DNA from: Lepidodermella squamata | Taxonomy: Eukaryota; Animalia; Gastrotricha | Direction: 5' to 3' | Assembly: GCA_047495785.1 (NCBI GenBank) | Contig: JBLDXI010000029.1 | Coordinates: 1-64,000, forward strand | DNA: 64,000 nt | Shown: piece after piece, positions 34,268 through 47,331 of the stretch | How positions within the stretch are numbered: the first letter of the stretch is position 1 | How the letters are laid out: the number at the start of each line of letters is the position of its first letter | The notes under the pieces: model-generated | Databases searched by the model: none | What the model was told of the DNA's origin: nothing | What the model saw: only the letters and a program-made list of their open reading frames with translations | Made by a program: the position numbers and the translations under genes

Positions 34268-35025
34268 TCAAACAACGAGACGGTATGTAACGTAACGACC
34301 AGCAGTTTCACTAGGACGGATGATTTTAACGATTTGGCCACGGCGGAGGCCGAAGTAACGCGCGACTGGGTCACCCTGTTGAATTCGAGGCAGCTGATGG
34401 TCTTTCAATCGGCTGAAAAGAAAAATCACATTTCATCGCCTATTTCGAAAAGGTAAGTAATAGATGGTTAATACTTACTATCGATCTAACAACTCTTTCT
34501 TCTCTTCATTCGTCATGACAATGTGTTGAGGTACCAGTTCGTGATGGGTGATGTTGACCATCAACTCGTTTTCCGCAAACTGTTCGATGACGTATTTTGG
34601 CTGAAGGTCGACAAGGGCTTGCTTGGCTGACGGGGTCATGCCCTGCTGGACGATGAGAATAGCACGCGTGGTTTCGTCACGCTGCATTTGCATGCAGTAG
34701 GTTTTCACTGTTTTGATGCCGACTTTCTGTTCGTCGGGGAAGAACACGTACAAGCGATCGGTAGGGTCGTCCATGTGAGCTACGAAAATCACCATGTCAT
34801 TACGCGACGGCCGACCTTCGCTGTATTATCATTTCAGTAGCTATTCGTATTAGTAGATTATCATTAAAGGCAAACTGACCTTGGCCGATCGCCGAATGTT
34901 TGTTTAAACTGGTCCAAAGTTTGATCGATTTCGCTTTGACTCACCAAGTAACCGCGATCATGACACATCTCGAATATGGTCTTGCGTACTCGCCACAGCT
35001 TGTAAGTCTCCGCTTCGTCATCCAT
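34268..35025 (-). CDS. POLR2E: RNA polymerase I/II/III common subunit RPB5; exons 35025-34880, 34820-34479, 34412-34268
   Basis: [28 protein letters not shown]...GMTPSAKQ...[15 protein letters not shown]...[41 protein letters not shown]; two short GT-AG introns. Confidence 0.98.
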
Positions 35026-36498
35026 TGTTAATCAATCACACGGTAAAAACACTAGACTAGATCACATTGAATGAATGATAAACAGATTCAACAAAGGTTA
35101 TTCCATTCTTTCCTCTTCCCCACACTCATTCGATTACTTACGACCATTTCGCATTCAGACAAACAACTCCTGTAGGTTAAACACAAGAGAACTTTGACAT
35201 TCGTTGTAATCCCCCTTGCGTTTCAAACTCGGTCGCTCTTTTTCAAAATCGAATGATTCAGCTTGACGAGTGTCACTGGTTCATAACATTTTCTTTGGTT
35301 TAGGGGTGAGAAATGAGAACGGCCATCGAGCACTAAGTGAACCGAAGTGAATCAAACCGGAAGACAAACTCGCGCGGCTTTCAAACTTGAAATGAAAAGG
35401 GTCACGCGGGCTTTGTTGCTCATTACTTTTTCAACTTAATTAATTTTTTAAATTGTGTCATGTTATTAGGAATCATATTTTGGCCACAAATTATGGTACT
35501 AATGTTTTCTTTTCTAAAATAAAATCGGCTTTGTGCTTTTTAGCGTCTTTTCGGAAATGTCTCTCGGGCGATGTCTCGTAAGAGAAGGACTTGCCGGAAT
35601 GACGAATCCGGTATATCTGTAACGTAACATGATGAGCACACAGCACGCGTCTACTCATCGTCAGAATATGTTTCCTTCTCATATTATATAGTTAGCAGCA
35701 GTCTGAAAAGTTTTTTCAAGTATTGCTTTGCCCTTAGCCATGCATAGGCAGCTCTTAACTCGTGTCCAAAACTGAGAGAACATTACTCATGAAATGAGAT
35801 TGGAAACCGGCACAGTGGTGATTTTCATAATTTGTTACCGTTGTTTTGCAGGAACTATTTCATTATGTCAAATGTTGACGCATTGCTAACTGAGCTCCAA
35901 TAATTCTTCGATCAGTAGATCATTCTACCTCGTTTCAATTCAAGCTCAGAAGATGTTCACGTGCCGAAAAACCGTTTGTAGCCGATTTTATGCTTTGCTC
36001 ACAAACTCTTCTTTACAATCAAGACTGACGACCTTAGTTTTACTTGTGAACAAGCCGGTGGGCTCTAACAGTTGTCAAGTTCAGATAATTGTAATGAAAT
36101 AGGTAATTGTAATAATTGTAATGAAATTCTCCCACAAATACTTACTACCAAACCACTGGCCTTCGCCAATACTGTATACGCGATTATTTTCGCGAAGGCC
36201 CTAAAATGAGGGGTAGGCAATTTTCGCGAGCCGAAATTGAAACCGTTAAAAACAGGAGCTTTTCACGGTTGTATGACTTCCATGTTGCATTTCGCAAAAG
36301 GTTGCAGTTATAAACCTGCTGCAATTGGGGTTCCTTCTCACAACAGTATTTATCACTTATCACCTTGAAAGTAATATTAAATAGTTACTGCTTCGTTTTA
36401 GATTTCAAGCACACGAATGTATCCGTCAATCTCTTATATGAGTAAACTTTAATCTTTGTGATAAGTATCGCTTGCAGAATTAAACAGCTGATTTGTTA

Positions 36499-37282
36499 CC
36501 GTATTCCCTTGCAAACTGTGGCAGCCAATATAAACGCTGGCACATCAAAAATTGACTAACGAAATCCCTCATTAAGTATCGCAGTGCCACTAACCGAAAG
36601 GGACTGGTATAATAAGCGAAGCAGGATTAAAATTGTGATTTTATTTATTTTGATGTGCGAAAGCAGAAGCCAAAAATTGCTTTGATTAGTTAATAGAATT
36701 ATCGGTTGTAGATGAATAAAATATATGTACGAATTTTACTCGAAAATTTAAAAAAATTAGTCGGCGAAAGCCACAATTTGATGATGAATACCCCAAAATC
36801 GACGGTGAAATTAGCATTTTCCGGTTTGATGGCGTAGGTCCCAAAATTGACGGTGTGAAACCGCAAACTTGATAGTAGAAAGCATTTTCCCCTCAATATT
36901 AAAACATTTAAGTATTTGAGGAATTTGACATCACTTTCGCTACTCTCGTCGTCAGTGCTGCCGGTGGGTTCAGGGGCAGGCAGGTTCTTCATCTTCGGAC
37001 TCGTTTTCGAGGACGATTTGGTCAGTCGAGAATAAAAGTCGGTGATGCCGTAAGCCTTAGGAGTCTCCAATTAGCTTCGAAATACGCCATAACGACGTAG
37101 AATGCGGCGCATCGCAATGAAAATAATGAGCGACATTACAGCGTTAATCATCTTAATTGAAAACTTCAAATTTTCCCAATTTACCCCATCCGTTAAAGGC
37201 ATGCCATTGTCCCCCGGGGTATAGTTGCATGCCAGCTCGCTTCTTGTATAACGGCAGTGCCACAGTTTGCAAGGGAATACGG
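36499..37282. mobile_element. Non-autonomous Tc1/mariner-superfamily (Tc2/pogo-like) DNA transposon / MITE, 784 bp
   Basis: Perfect 25-bp TIRs CCGTATTCCCTTGCAAACTGTGGCA (36499-36523 and 37258-37282), flanked by TA on both sides (36497-98, 37283-84). No transposase ORF. Confidence 0.88.
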
Positions 37283-38111
37283 TACTAGCGAGTCAGTATT
37301 TAGATGACTTGTAGATTTTGTTGGGTTATCTGATTCTGCTAGCATTACTTTATTCAAGTCATTGACGATTCCTTGCAGATTTTCAGAGTTTTGCTTTGCT
37401 CATCATACTGTTTTTGTTTTTGTTTTCTCAACCCGATAGATTCCATCTAAGTTAGCGTTGTCGATTTAGAACTGTTAACATTTTTCTGTAGGTCTGATTC
37501 ATGAAAATTCTGCGGTTCTTTATATTGGAACATCATTCTTTCTATAATAATGGCTACTTGATGTTTGACAAGACTGTAAGATCGCACATCGCACAGCGAC
37601 CAGTGCTTGTTACTTCTATTCATCGGAAGGCGCTCTCTATTGTTAGGCGTGTCATTATGTTGGATCGCTCAATTTTTTGCATACTCATAATCGCTGATGT
37701 GAAAAATCGGCGTATTTATCACAGCGTGAATCACAGCTGCCGGCATCTGGAATTCAGAATTCATCGATGTTGCCGATGAGTAATAATGAAAAAACCGCGA
37801 ACGCTTTTGCTGCTGCTGCTGATAAACACAGCTGCCTAGCGTAAAGATAGTACCGGAAATGCATAAATATACTGTACCTCTGATATTATACGCGCAGCAG
37901 GGCGTTCATCGAGCAGAGCTTAGCCTTTTGTGTGTTTGTTTTTCCTTTCACATTTTGTGTATATTTCGTAAACAAAATATCTAGGCTGTTATTGTTGTTA
38001 TTATTGTTGCAGCAGCAGCAGAAGCAATAAGTTTTATTACGGACTGGCCTGAAATTACGACTACAAATAACGACGATGATGGTGATGATGATGATGAGCT
38101 TTCATTGTTGA

Positions 38112-41100
38112 ATGAGCAGCCAGGCCGGGCAGCAGCACATGGAGCGCGCGGTGGCGGCTCGGAAAGGCGTCGAGCGGCGCCTCGCTGCCTCGAATTACCG
38201 CCTCATGAAAGTGCTGGGCGAGGGCACGTACGGCACCGTCTACCTGGCCCGCGACGGCGTCAACAAACAACTCGTCGCTGTCAAGGTTTGTACTCCTACA
38301 TTTCGTTAAAATGTGCTCCACCGGCCACGCGGCGATAAAACGAATATTTTTGTGATGAATTGGAGCGGAAAACTTCTTGATCAACAAATTATCAAAAAAA
38401 AAGGAAATTTGTAACCTCAAAAAGGATCAGAAGCAAGTTTTTATACATTTTCAAATGTAACGTTTGAAATGAGTCAAAATTTAATATCTTATCCTCTAGT
38501 TTACGGGCCTGGCCTTCAGTCATTTTGATGGCTCCAATACTTACAATTTTCAAAGAAATCTCGGGTAAATGTCTCGTTGACGCAAATGTCGAACCGCAGA
38601 GGGATGGTATTTAGCTCTATTCATAGTTTCGAGCTGGCTGTATTATTGCGGCCAATCGACTTATTCAATGTAGCTATGAACAACTTGTTGATGACGATAT
38701 CAAAACCCTTGCTAAAAGTTGTTGGAATTGTCGGATGGAATTTTGAGGTTGAATTTCGAGTCGATTCCCGCGAGATTTCTACGTCAACCCGTGGGTTACT
38801 TGCGCATTTATTAGATTTCTAGCATTACGACAATGGAGATTCTATTCAATTTTGCATAATGTTAAGTCAATTTTGGCCTAAATTTGATTTAATTCTCGTG
38901 CCGCTAAGAATGGCATATGTGGAAACTAGAGATGACGCATGATCCAATTCAAACTGGCCCATAAGTGATGTTTTCATCCGTGTTTAATTGAATTTTCGAC
39001 GTTTCTTGGTGGTTTAACTGTCAAATAGGTATTCAATTTCATAATAATTATTGTTGCAATGTACGTTGTTAGGTGATTGAAAAGCGGCGCATATCGCCGG
39101 ACGACATGGTTCGCGTGCGGCGAGAGATCCAGGTGCTGTCGGTGCTGCGGCAGCCGAACATCATCCAGATCTACCGCGTGCACGAGGACGAGACGTCGCT
39201 GTACCTGGTGATGGAGTACGCGGACGGCGGCGAGCTGTACGACTTTGTCGAGCGGCGCAAGCGCCTGTCGTCGAACGAGGCCCGCGCCGTCTTCCGGCAA
39301 ATCGTCGCCGCCGTGCACTACTGCCACAAGAACGGCGTCGTGCACCGCGACCTCAAGCTCGAGAACATTCTGCTCAACTCGCGCTACGAGGTGAAGCTCT
39401 CCGACTTCGGCCTCTGCAACTACTTTTCGCCCACCGGTGGTCGCCTGTCGACGTTTTGCGGCTCGCCACTCTACGCCAGTCCAGAAATCATCAGGTATGT
39501 CGCGTTATGAGACAGCAAATGTGTATAATATTATAAAAGAGTAGAGCTTCATTCATTTCTTGAGAAATCAAGCTGTGAAAGCTATCGTTTTCAGAATTGT
39601 AGAAGGTTGACTTCAAAATGTTTAGATTACCAATTCGCCACAAATTTCAAGTGATGTTTTTTTCAAATTTGATTTCACTTTGGCTAAATTACACGCAAAA
39701 TTAAGCCTACTGCCTTGGGAAGTACTTTTTCGTAGATTTCCCCTCCCCGTCATTGATTGACTAATTTCTTGTGTTATTTATCAATGATGCATTGTGTTTT
39801 TTTATTTGCATTGCAGTGGCCAGCCGTACATGGGTCCTGAAATCGACTGTTGGTCGCTTGGCGTGTTGCTGTATGCGCTTGTCTACGGGTGAGTCCTTAC
39901 TCAATTATTCATGATGTGGTGTATCAAAACACTCGTTTTTCTAGTCCAATTGATTGATTGATTTTTTCTCACTATAGTTGACTAGTTTTACAATTGAACA
40001 TGATTAATAGCAATAATTGATAATTTTATTATTGTGATGATGATGATGACGTATACAGGAGCATGCCGTTCGGCCATGCGGAATTTGCGAAACTGCGGGC
40101 GCAAATCATGTCGGGGCAGTTTTTCGCGCCGCCGGACGCGGGCGAGTTCTCGGACGCGCACGACCTCATCTGCGCGTGTCTGTGCGTCTCCGCCAGCCAG
40201 CGCGCCACCATCGACCAAATTTCGATGCACTGGTGGACGAATGGTACGTGCGTTTATTCACTTTTTTCAGTCATTCTCTCTCTCTTATTTCCTGTCTGCT
40301 ACATTTTTCGGTACTATATACTACATTATAAGTTGAATAATAATTTTATTTGCGGATCATCGATCGAGTGAGTGGATTTGCAATGACCGACCGCCCGCTC
40401 TCTCGCGCCCCCACTTTCAATTTTTTGTCGCTTTAACCGCCACCACCACCACCACCGAATGCGATTATGCGAAAATGTAGGACGAATTGTCGTCGTATTT
40501 CGTATTTTGTATTGCATTAGCCACTTCCGCTGCCTCAGACAACCTACTACTACTAGAGTTATATAATAATAATAATGTTTAAGCGATATATATATATATA
40601 TAATATGCATAAGTATATCGGCGGCTTGGTGGTACTGAAACAGTAATTGCTAATTGCAGTGCACTTGACTCGATGATGATGATGACGATGGCAGAACTTG
40701 AAATAATTGCAGAATGCAGCTGTGTTTGTTTTTCGCTAAAATGGCTTCTCTTGGTATTAATTGCCTGGCAGCGTATTATCTCCTCCAAGTGGAGGTTCCG
40801 AAAATGCAGAGATTTGCTTGCGAAAAAAGGAGCCAAGAAAACGAGACAGCATTTAGTATTGAATGAATGAGAAAGTTGAACCAGAAAGCTCGCGATCGAG
40901 AAAGCGCTCCCTCATTTCTTCGATGATGATCAACAGGTGGTCGTAGGGTTCGATTATAACTTCCGAAAACGTCAGGATTATTCTTAGAGAAAAATGCGTT
41001 AACGCTCCCCCGGCGTTATTTTTGTTTTCTAAACTTGACACTTTCCATGGCAATGTGTATTTTTTTTTTTTTTTTTTTTATTTACGAAGAATTTTCGGTC

Positions 41101-42712
41101 AGTTTTCGGATGTTAAAAAACTAGGCCTAGGTCGTTCACAGATTTTTTGTACACTATTTTGATCGTTGCAAAGGAGTTTCCTCAGTAACTTGAGGTTTAA
41201 TTTTCTGTGTTTTTTTCTACTGCAGTGAACTACATCCACTACCCGCACTGTGACATTTACGGCGGTGCGGCGTCGTCTTCGGGCCAGCCATCTGCGACGT
41301 GCTCGTGCTTTTTCGACGTGCTGTCGGCGCAGTTCTCGAAACCGCCAGATGCTTATCGCGGCAAGGCAGCTAGCGGCGGCGGCGGCGGCAGCCATCACAA
41401 CCACCACTCGAAAACACACCACCGCAAATCACATCACAACAACAACAACAGCAATAACGGCAATCATAACAGCAATAATAACGGCCACGGTGAGGTAGCA
41501 GGCGCGGAACAGTTCCACGGGGTTCACGCGCACCAACCGCAGAAAGTGATAAGTGCAGTCGCGTACCCTACGCCCGGGTCGCCGCCGAGTCCGCGACACT
41601 GCGACGCAGGACCGAAACGCGACGTGTCGGCAGATTCGCTGAACGACGGCTGCAACGCCGCCACCGCAGCCTCGTCAGCCGTCGACAAGCCGTGGAAGTT
41701 TTTCTCGGCCTCGTCGGCAAAACACGGCAAAAACAAGCAGACGTCGTCGTCGTCAGCAGGCAACAGCCGAGTGCTGGCGCCCCTGCGCGTCCTCGATTGC
41801 GAAGACAACGAAGCCGGCGACATGTACGACGATGACGAAGACGACGCAGAAGCGGGCCAAGAACCGAGCGCGGAAAAAACGACCACCCTACAGATCAATG
41901 ACAGCAGGCAGGTGAGGCGGTCGCAGTCGGCGCCCGGCTTCTCGCTCGCCCGCCTCGCCTCGATGGACGGCATGGCGCCGCCGCCGCCGCAGGTGCTGCG
42001 CAGACGCAGGTCGGCGTCTCTCGGCCGCCGGCCCCACGTCCACAGCAACCACCATAACCAATTCCTCACGACAACCGAGTTTCTGCTGCGAACCCACGCG
42101 GGCGAACCGCTGCTGCCGCCGCCGCTCGTCTCCGACCTGCTGTCGTCGCTGCTGGCCGCCTCGAGCGAGCACGTCGAGTACTGCGGCCGGGCGGTGAACA
42201 GCACGCTGCTGCCGCGCCAGCTCTCCAACTACGACAACTTCGGCTCGGAGGTGGACCCGCCGCTCGCCTACGCCTCGCCGCTGTCGTCGCGCTCCTCGGG
42301 CTCGTCGTCGTCGTCGCCCACCTGCTCGTCCATGTCGTCGTGCTCGTCATGCTCGTGCTCGTCGCTGTACGACGGTTTCGTCGGCTCGGCCGCCCGCGAC
42401 ATTGTCCCGCCGCTCGAATTTGCGGCGCCCGAACGCAGACACAACATCAATGGCAATGGCAACGGCAACAACAGCTTGTCGACCTCGGCGTCGGCCACTT
42501 CGTCGTCGTCGTCCGGCGAGCTCCTGCTCGACACGAACACGGGCGACTTTTCATCGCGTTCCGCCCCCGCCGCCTTCGTCCTCGATGCGTCCTACCACGA
42601 AGCTTCGCCGCGTCATCCTCATCATCATCGCAACAACAACAACAACAACTGCCTGCGGGTTCTCGACGACGATGAGCTTATCGCGCTGGCCCAGACGCAT
42701 CTCGACGACTGA
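38112..42712 (+). CDS. NUAK: NUAK-family AMPK-related kinase; exons 38112-38285, 39073-39494, 39817-39888, 40059-40243, 41226-42712
   Basis: [92 protein letters not shown]. Junction frames are consistent; the long low-complexity last exon is less certain. Confidence 0.88.
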
Positions 42713-44599
42713 CTTGTTCGTGGTTGCATTTCGCTGGAATCCGCCGCCCGCCTTTTAGCCACAATCCAGAATTTCAAGAATGAACGAATAAAAACGTACC
42801 ATCACCTCATGCCTTTTCAAACACAACTTCAACAAAGCTTCAACAACAAAATTTCTCTCGTTTTTTTACACACACTCTGAAGCCTTTTCTCTTATGTCTC
42901 TCCGTCTCATCTATTCCCTTGCAAAAGTGAAGAATCAACGTTCGAAGATCGATGGCCAATTTACAGCAAAAAAAAGCGGCGCGTGTTGACGGCCGCGACC
43001 TCGGCGATTGTGATATTTAGCTATAACGAATTATTATATTATTATATGCTATACCAAAAAGCTTGATAGGCCTTGATAATTCTTGTTATTTTGTACTTTT
43101 TCGACGTGTATGTTCTCAATCATCGCCTTCGGTGAGACTGTTGTTCATAAATTGCATTGTTGCTGCCCGGCGTCACCGCAACGATCTGGCTTGTATTGCA
43201 TTCGGCATTCGGCATCGTGAGTCATCCATCAGCCGCTAATCGAATCTTTGTAGACGCAAGAATCAAGTAACTGCGCCTTACTTACATCCGAGTTACTTCA
43301 ACTAGTACATCATCATTATAGTGCTGCTCTATGCGACTACGTCCGGCAGCGCAATGAAAGCGAGCCGGACGGACGACCGCATTATTCTACGTCATTAATC
43401 AACTCGACGAGTAGCTAGAAAAATTCATAATTTTCTTCTCTGCGGTTTGAGTTTTTGTTGCTTATGATTACTTATTTTGGATCGGTGGTTTGTTTGATAC
43501 TGCTATCGTCATTATATCTCTTTGTTCATAACTCGCGATTATGGCAAAAATATTCTGATGATAATAGTGACAATTAAATTATATTACTATTCTGATAGCA
43601 TTTTGGTGGTTCTCCGTTATAAAATCAGCGCAATATTCGATTATTACCACTTATTCCGAGCATTGGCGAGTTTCCTAACTTGGCGTACAATTTCCTAAAC
43701 AATAACAATAACAATAATATTTGCATTCATATTCTATGTCTTATAATATTATACACTCACTGCGACTATCGTTATGATCATTATCATATTATATTTATAC
43801 TATATTATTCAAACGATATTGGAATTTTCACCATCATCAACGTTAAGGTGACTTTGACCGGAGCGAAAAAACTGAAATCGGAACTTGAATAAAGAGATGA
43901 ATTTGTCACACATCGGTTCTTTTTGCGGTGTATTTCGCTATGTTAGGTATATGTTCAAAGACGTTTCCGGCGGTACCATTTTTAAGGCAGCGCACGCTGA
44001 GTGCATAAACGTTTTCCCGAGTAAACATGCTGCGACTCGGTGCATAATAATATTCTCTAATAACTCTAATAATCAAGAGCCTTTCTTTTAAAAACAGGCG
44101 TATTCGAGATGGCATCATAATTAGACAGTGCTGCACTGTACCTACCTACTTTTTTGGTTTGTGCATTTGTATTTGGGGTAAAGAAAACCTTGTGAAAGTT
44201 TCGGAAAATGCAGAATAGTGCTAAATTCAGGTGTTGCTGGTGAATTTCAGTTTTGCAGGAAAAGTCATTTGCGTTACTTCCGGCAGTTGGATTCCTAGAG
44301 ACGATTTGACTTCTTCGGAGAGTATAGTCTCAATAGTTTGTTAGCTAACGCATTTTTCTGTGAGTTGAAGTCACCGAAAAATGAGATCAGCAGATTTAAT
44401 GAAGAATCAGCAGAAGATCACCCGTAAAGATGCGGCGACCGGGGGCGAAAAGCTTCGGGGGCGCGGCGACCGGCGACAGATTTGCTCGAGCTGTAGGCGG
44501 TGCAGATCCGCGTCGATGAAGTGGGCACGAAAACAATTTGCTCCGTTCTGAGCCGAGGGAAGATTGCCAGCCAGCTTCCAAGGCGATTCTCGCAGAGAG

Positions 44600-44978
44600 A
44601 GATACCGATTTATTGGTGGTCTGCGTTACATAATTCTTAGTAACATTGCCTTTAAGACACAGAGATATGAATTAATTAACTTCAGTATAGGTGATATTTC
44701 TTAATAATAAGTATTGGTTATTTATCGTTGGTTGGAATATAGATGGTGGTGAAGAATTCGAATACTGTCTTTGAGGGCCTGTGAAGCGATATCGATGGCT
44801 GTGCCGGCGTTGATTCCATAATCGCGCAGAAGTTTTACGGCTTCTGTTGTCAGGGATCCGCGGGCACCAATGTATAGTCCATGTACTTCTATTGAATCTA
44901 GGTTGTATGCTTCGCAAATAAACTTGCTACATGGCTCGTATATTGCGCGTTTTTCCGCATCGACCAATTCGAATTGGT
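44600..44978 (-). mobile_element. 5'-truncated 3' end of a non-LTR retrotransposon with a restriction-like endonuclease (R2/NeSL-type group)
   Basis: ORF 44967-44722 reads EKRAIYEP...IEVHGLYIGARG...ALKDSIRILHHHLY, resembling the C-terminus of RLE domains. An AT-rich UTR follows, with AATAAA on the minus strand at about 44609-44614. Boundaries are approximate. Confidence 0.7.
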
Positions 44979-45500
44979 TTTGCGAAGACTCGCATCTGAT
45001 AGTTGGAAAGTAAAGTAGAGCTCTGCGGTACAGTCCTGCAGGCAGCTATGGCGATAATTTTCAACAGTTGGCCTGAAGCCCTTTTGGAAATTCATGCAAA
45101 TCATTGCAAACCGATTATTTGTAATCAATTTTTCTTCAAATAACCGAAATGGAAAAAGCTGTATTCAATGCCATCTAGGTATGCGGCTTTGTTAGGTAGC
45201 TGGGTATTTGAGATTGCAGCGTTTAAATAAGCTTTACTCTTGCATGTGTTGCAAGGAGACGGGTGACGACGAGCGAAACGCCGATTTTAACTTAACTTAC
45301 GAAGATTTACCTAATTGATGATGTTGTTTGTCCTTCATCGTTTATTCTCTTCTCTCATGCAGTTTCAGTATGGTTAGAAAAACAAAAATAGGTAAATCAG
45401 TTTCGCGGAAATAATTTCGACTTTTCCAAGCAGATTTTTAACCGCAAAGCAGAAACAATTGGCGTAATCGCTAGTTATCACAATCATTTTAAATATTTTT

Positions 45501-46906
45501 CTAATCAGCAGATGTTACGCTGTTTGAACTGCTATTTAGCATCGATTTTCGAATAGATGGAGGCAGCGGCGGTCGAGAAGCAACGACCGACTCTCCACCG
45601 CTCGTTTCTGCCATAGTCGATGACGACATTTTGATAGATTTTGGCGGTAGAACAAGTTTATGAATAGATAGACTGATTTCAGGCTTGACAGGCAACCGCA
45701 AACTGGTGGCTGCTCCTTTTCCCGGCGAAACAACGCGGATATTGCTACGCAAAGCTTTGTCTTCGCTCGGTGTTAATTTTGTCGTGCGAGGTGAGGTCGT
45801 GTCACACGACGAAGTCTGCTCACTGGCCCTTGAATCATTGGTGCGCGACGATAATGCAGCAGCCGAGGGTGTCTGAGGAGGGGACGATGTTTGAGCAAAT
45901 AAAGTTGCTGTTGAACATGAAGAAGCGGGACGCGAATCGCCTTTCAGCTCTAATGGCGTCAAAGAACCATGCCGCCTGAACGGCAATAAAGAGGAATGAA
46001 GCCTTAATCATCAATCACAAAATTAATCTTACTTGGACGTCGGAGGCAGCGGTCGGAAAAGGGCGGCATTCTCGGTCGCCCATCTGAGCTCAGCCTCAAC
46101 TTCGTTACGCTCCAACCTCAGCTCATTCAGGGATGCTCTGTCCCCGCTTGTCAATGTTAACAGCGAATTTTCTTCATCAATGCTGTTCTGTAATACATTC
46201 AAACAATAAGCTTTGTCGATCAACTAAACAAGGACATTATTTATAAACTCTCACCCTAAGATAAGCAACATCTTCTTTGAGTTGAGCGATTTCGTCAGCG
46301 AGATAGGAGCGTAAATGTTGAACAATTTCAACGACTCTGTCAATCTTAAATTTTTCCTTGTGGGCCATTAAATCGTCTATTGAAAGCTGATGCATGCTAT
46401 TGCGGGAGGGCGTACTCCGAGATGGCGATGGCAAAGCTGACGGAGTATCTCTGCCATCTGAACCATAACTTGATGAAGCTCTCGGAAAAGACCGATCGTA
46501 TTCAGCTAAAGCTTGCTTCAGTACAGGCCGAGAGGTCAAGTTTTCCAGTCTCACACTAAAATAGAATTTTCGCCATCAGGAACATCGGAATTATGATACA
46601 GAACATGTTAACTTACGCTCCTATGACATCCGGATTTTCTTTAATACTATCCACAAAAAATTTAATCTCCGAAACGAGGCGTTTGCGGACTTCATTCTGA
46701 TCAACAAGCTGGAATGCAGCACTCGAGCGTTTCTCGTCGCGGATGGCTTTCCATATTTCGAGCAAGCTGTCGACTTCGAGGCGCAGATCAAGGCTCAAGT
46801 CTACATCGGCTGGGCCTAGGATCAGTCTGATTTCATCTAATTCCACAACCCCTATATTAGCCTTGATTACTTCCCATAACGAAATTGGGGGCTCATAAAA
46901 ATCCAT
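45501..46906 (-). CDS. CCDC24: Coiled-coil domain-containing protein 24-like; exons 46906-46617, 46555-46255, 46187-46033, 45975-45501
   Basis: SLWEVIK...ELDEIRLILG..DVDLSLDLRLEV, IDRVVEIVQHLRSYLADEIAQLKEDVAYL, ASLNELRLER..VEAEL; three short frame-consistent GT-AG introns. Confidence 0.8.
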
Positions 46907-47331
46907 AGCTTTCTTTTATTTCCTCTTTCGTGGACGCCGTCCCAGGCTGTGGTCACAGCGTATGAACCGCTTTAAGTCTTAAGAAACATTTATGCTCCTA
47001 ACGTGTAATCGGCGACCGTATTTCCTTTGGGCGTCACCGAACTGCAAGAGACAACGCGTTACTAACCAAATATTGTTGTCAATGTAATTATATTCGTCAA
47101 ATTATTGTTTTTATTCAATAAAAATGATTCTTACAAACTTTTTATTTTATTGTCTTTCACACTAATTTGCCCGCGCAAAATTGGCTATAAGATGCTAAGA
47201 CGCTATGATGCTTACCCTTCCCCCGCTGCATGCTTCCCTGTTGAGTACCAAAATGTCATGTGTACGACTGTCATCTGTCGTCAAGTTGCTTCTCTAAATT
47301 ATTTGGAATCACCGCAATTTGTGAACCTGCC

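Noticed and set aside
35491-35682. C2H2 zinc-finger-like remnant (HSGKSFSYETSPERH)
   Set aside because: The cysteines are absent and there is no flanking gene structure.
44510-44540. Hammerhead-ribozyme-like CGATGA...GAAA
   Set aside because: The core lacks CUGAUGA, stem II would be only 3 bp with a 2-nt loop, and stems I/III were not found.
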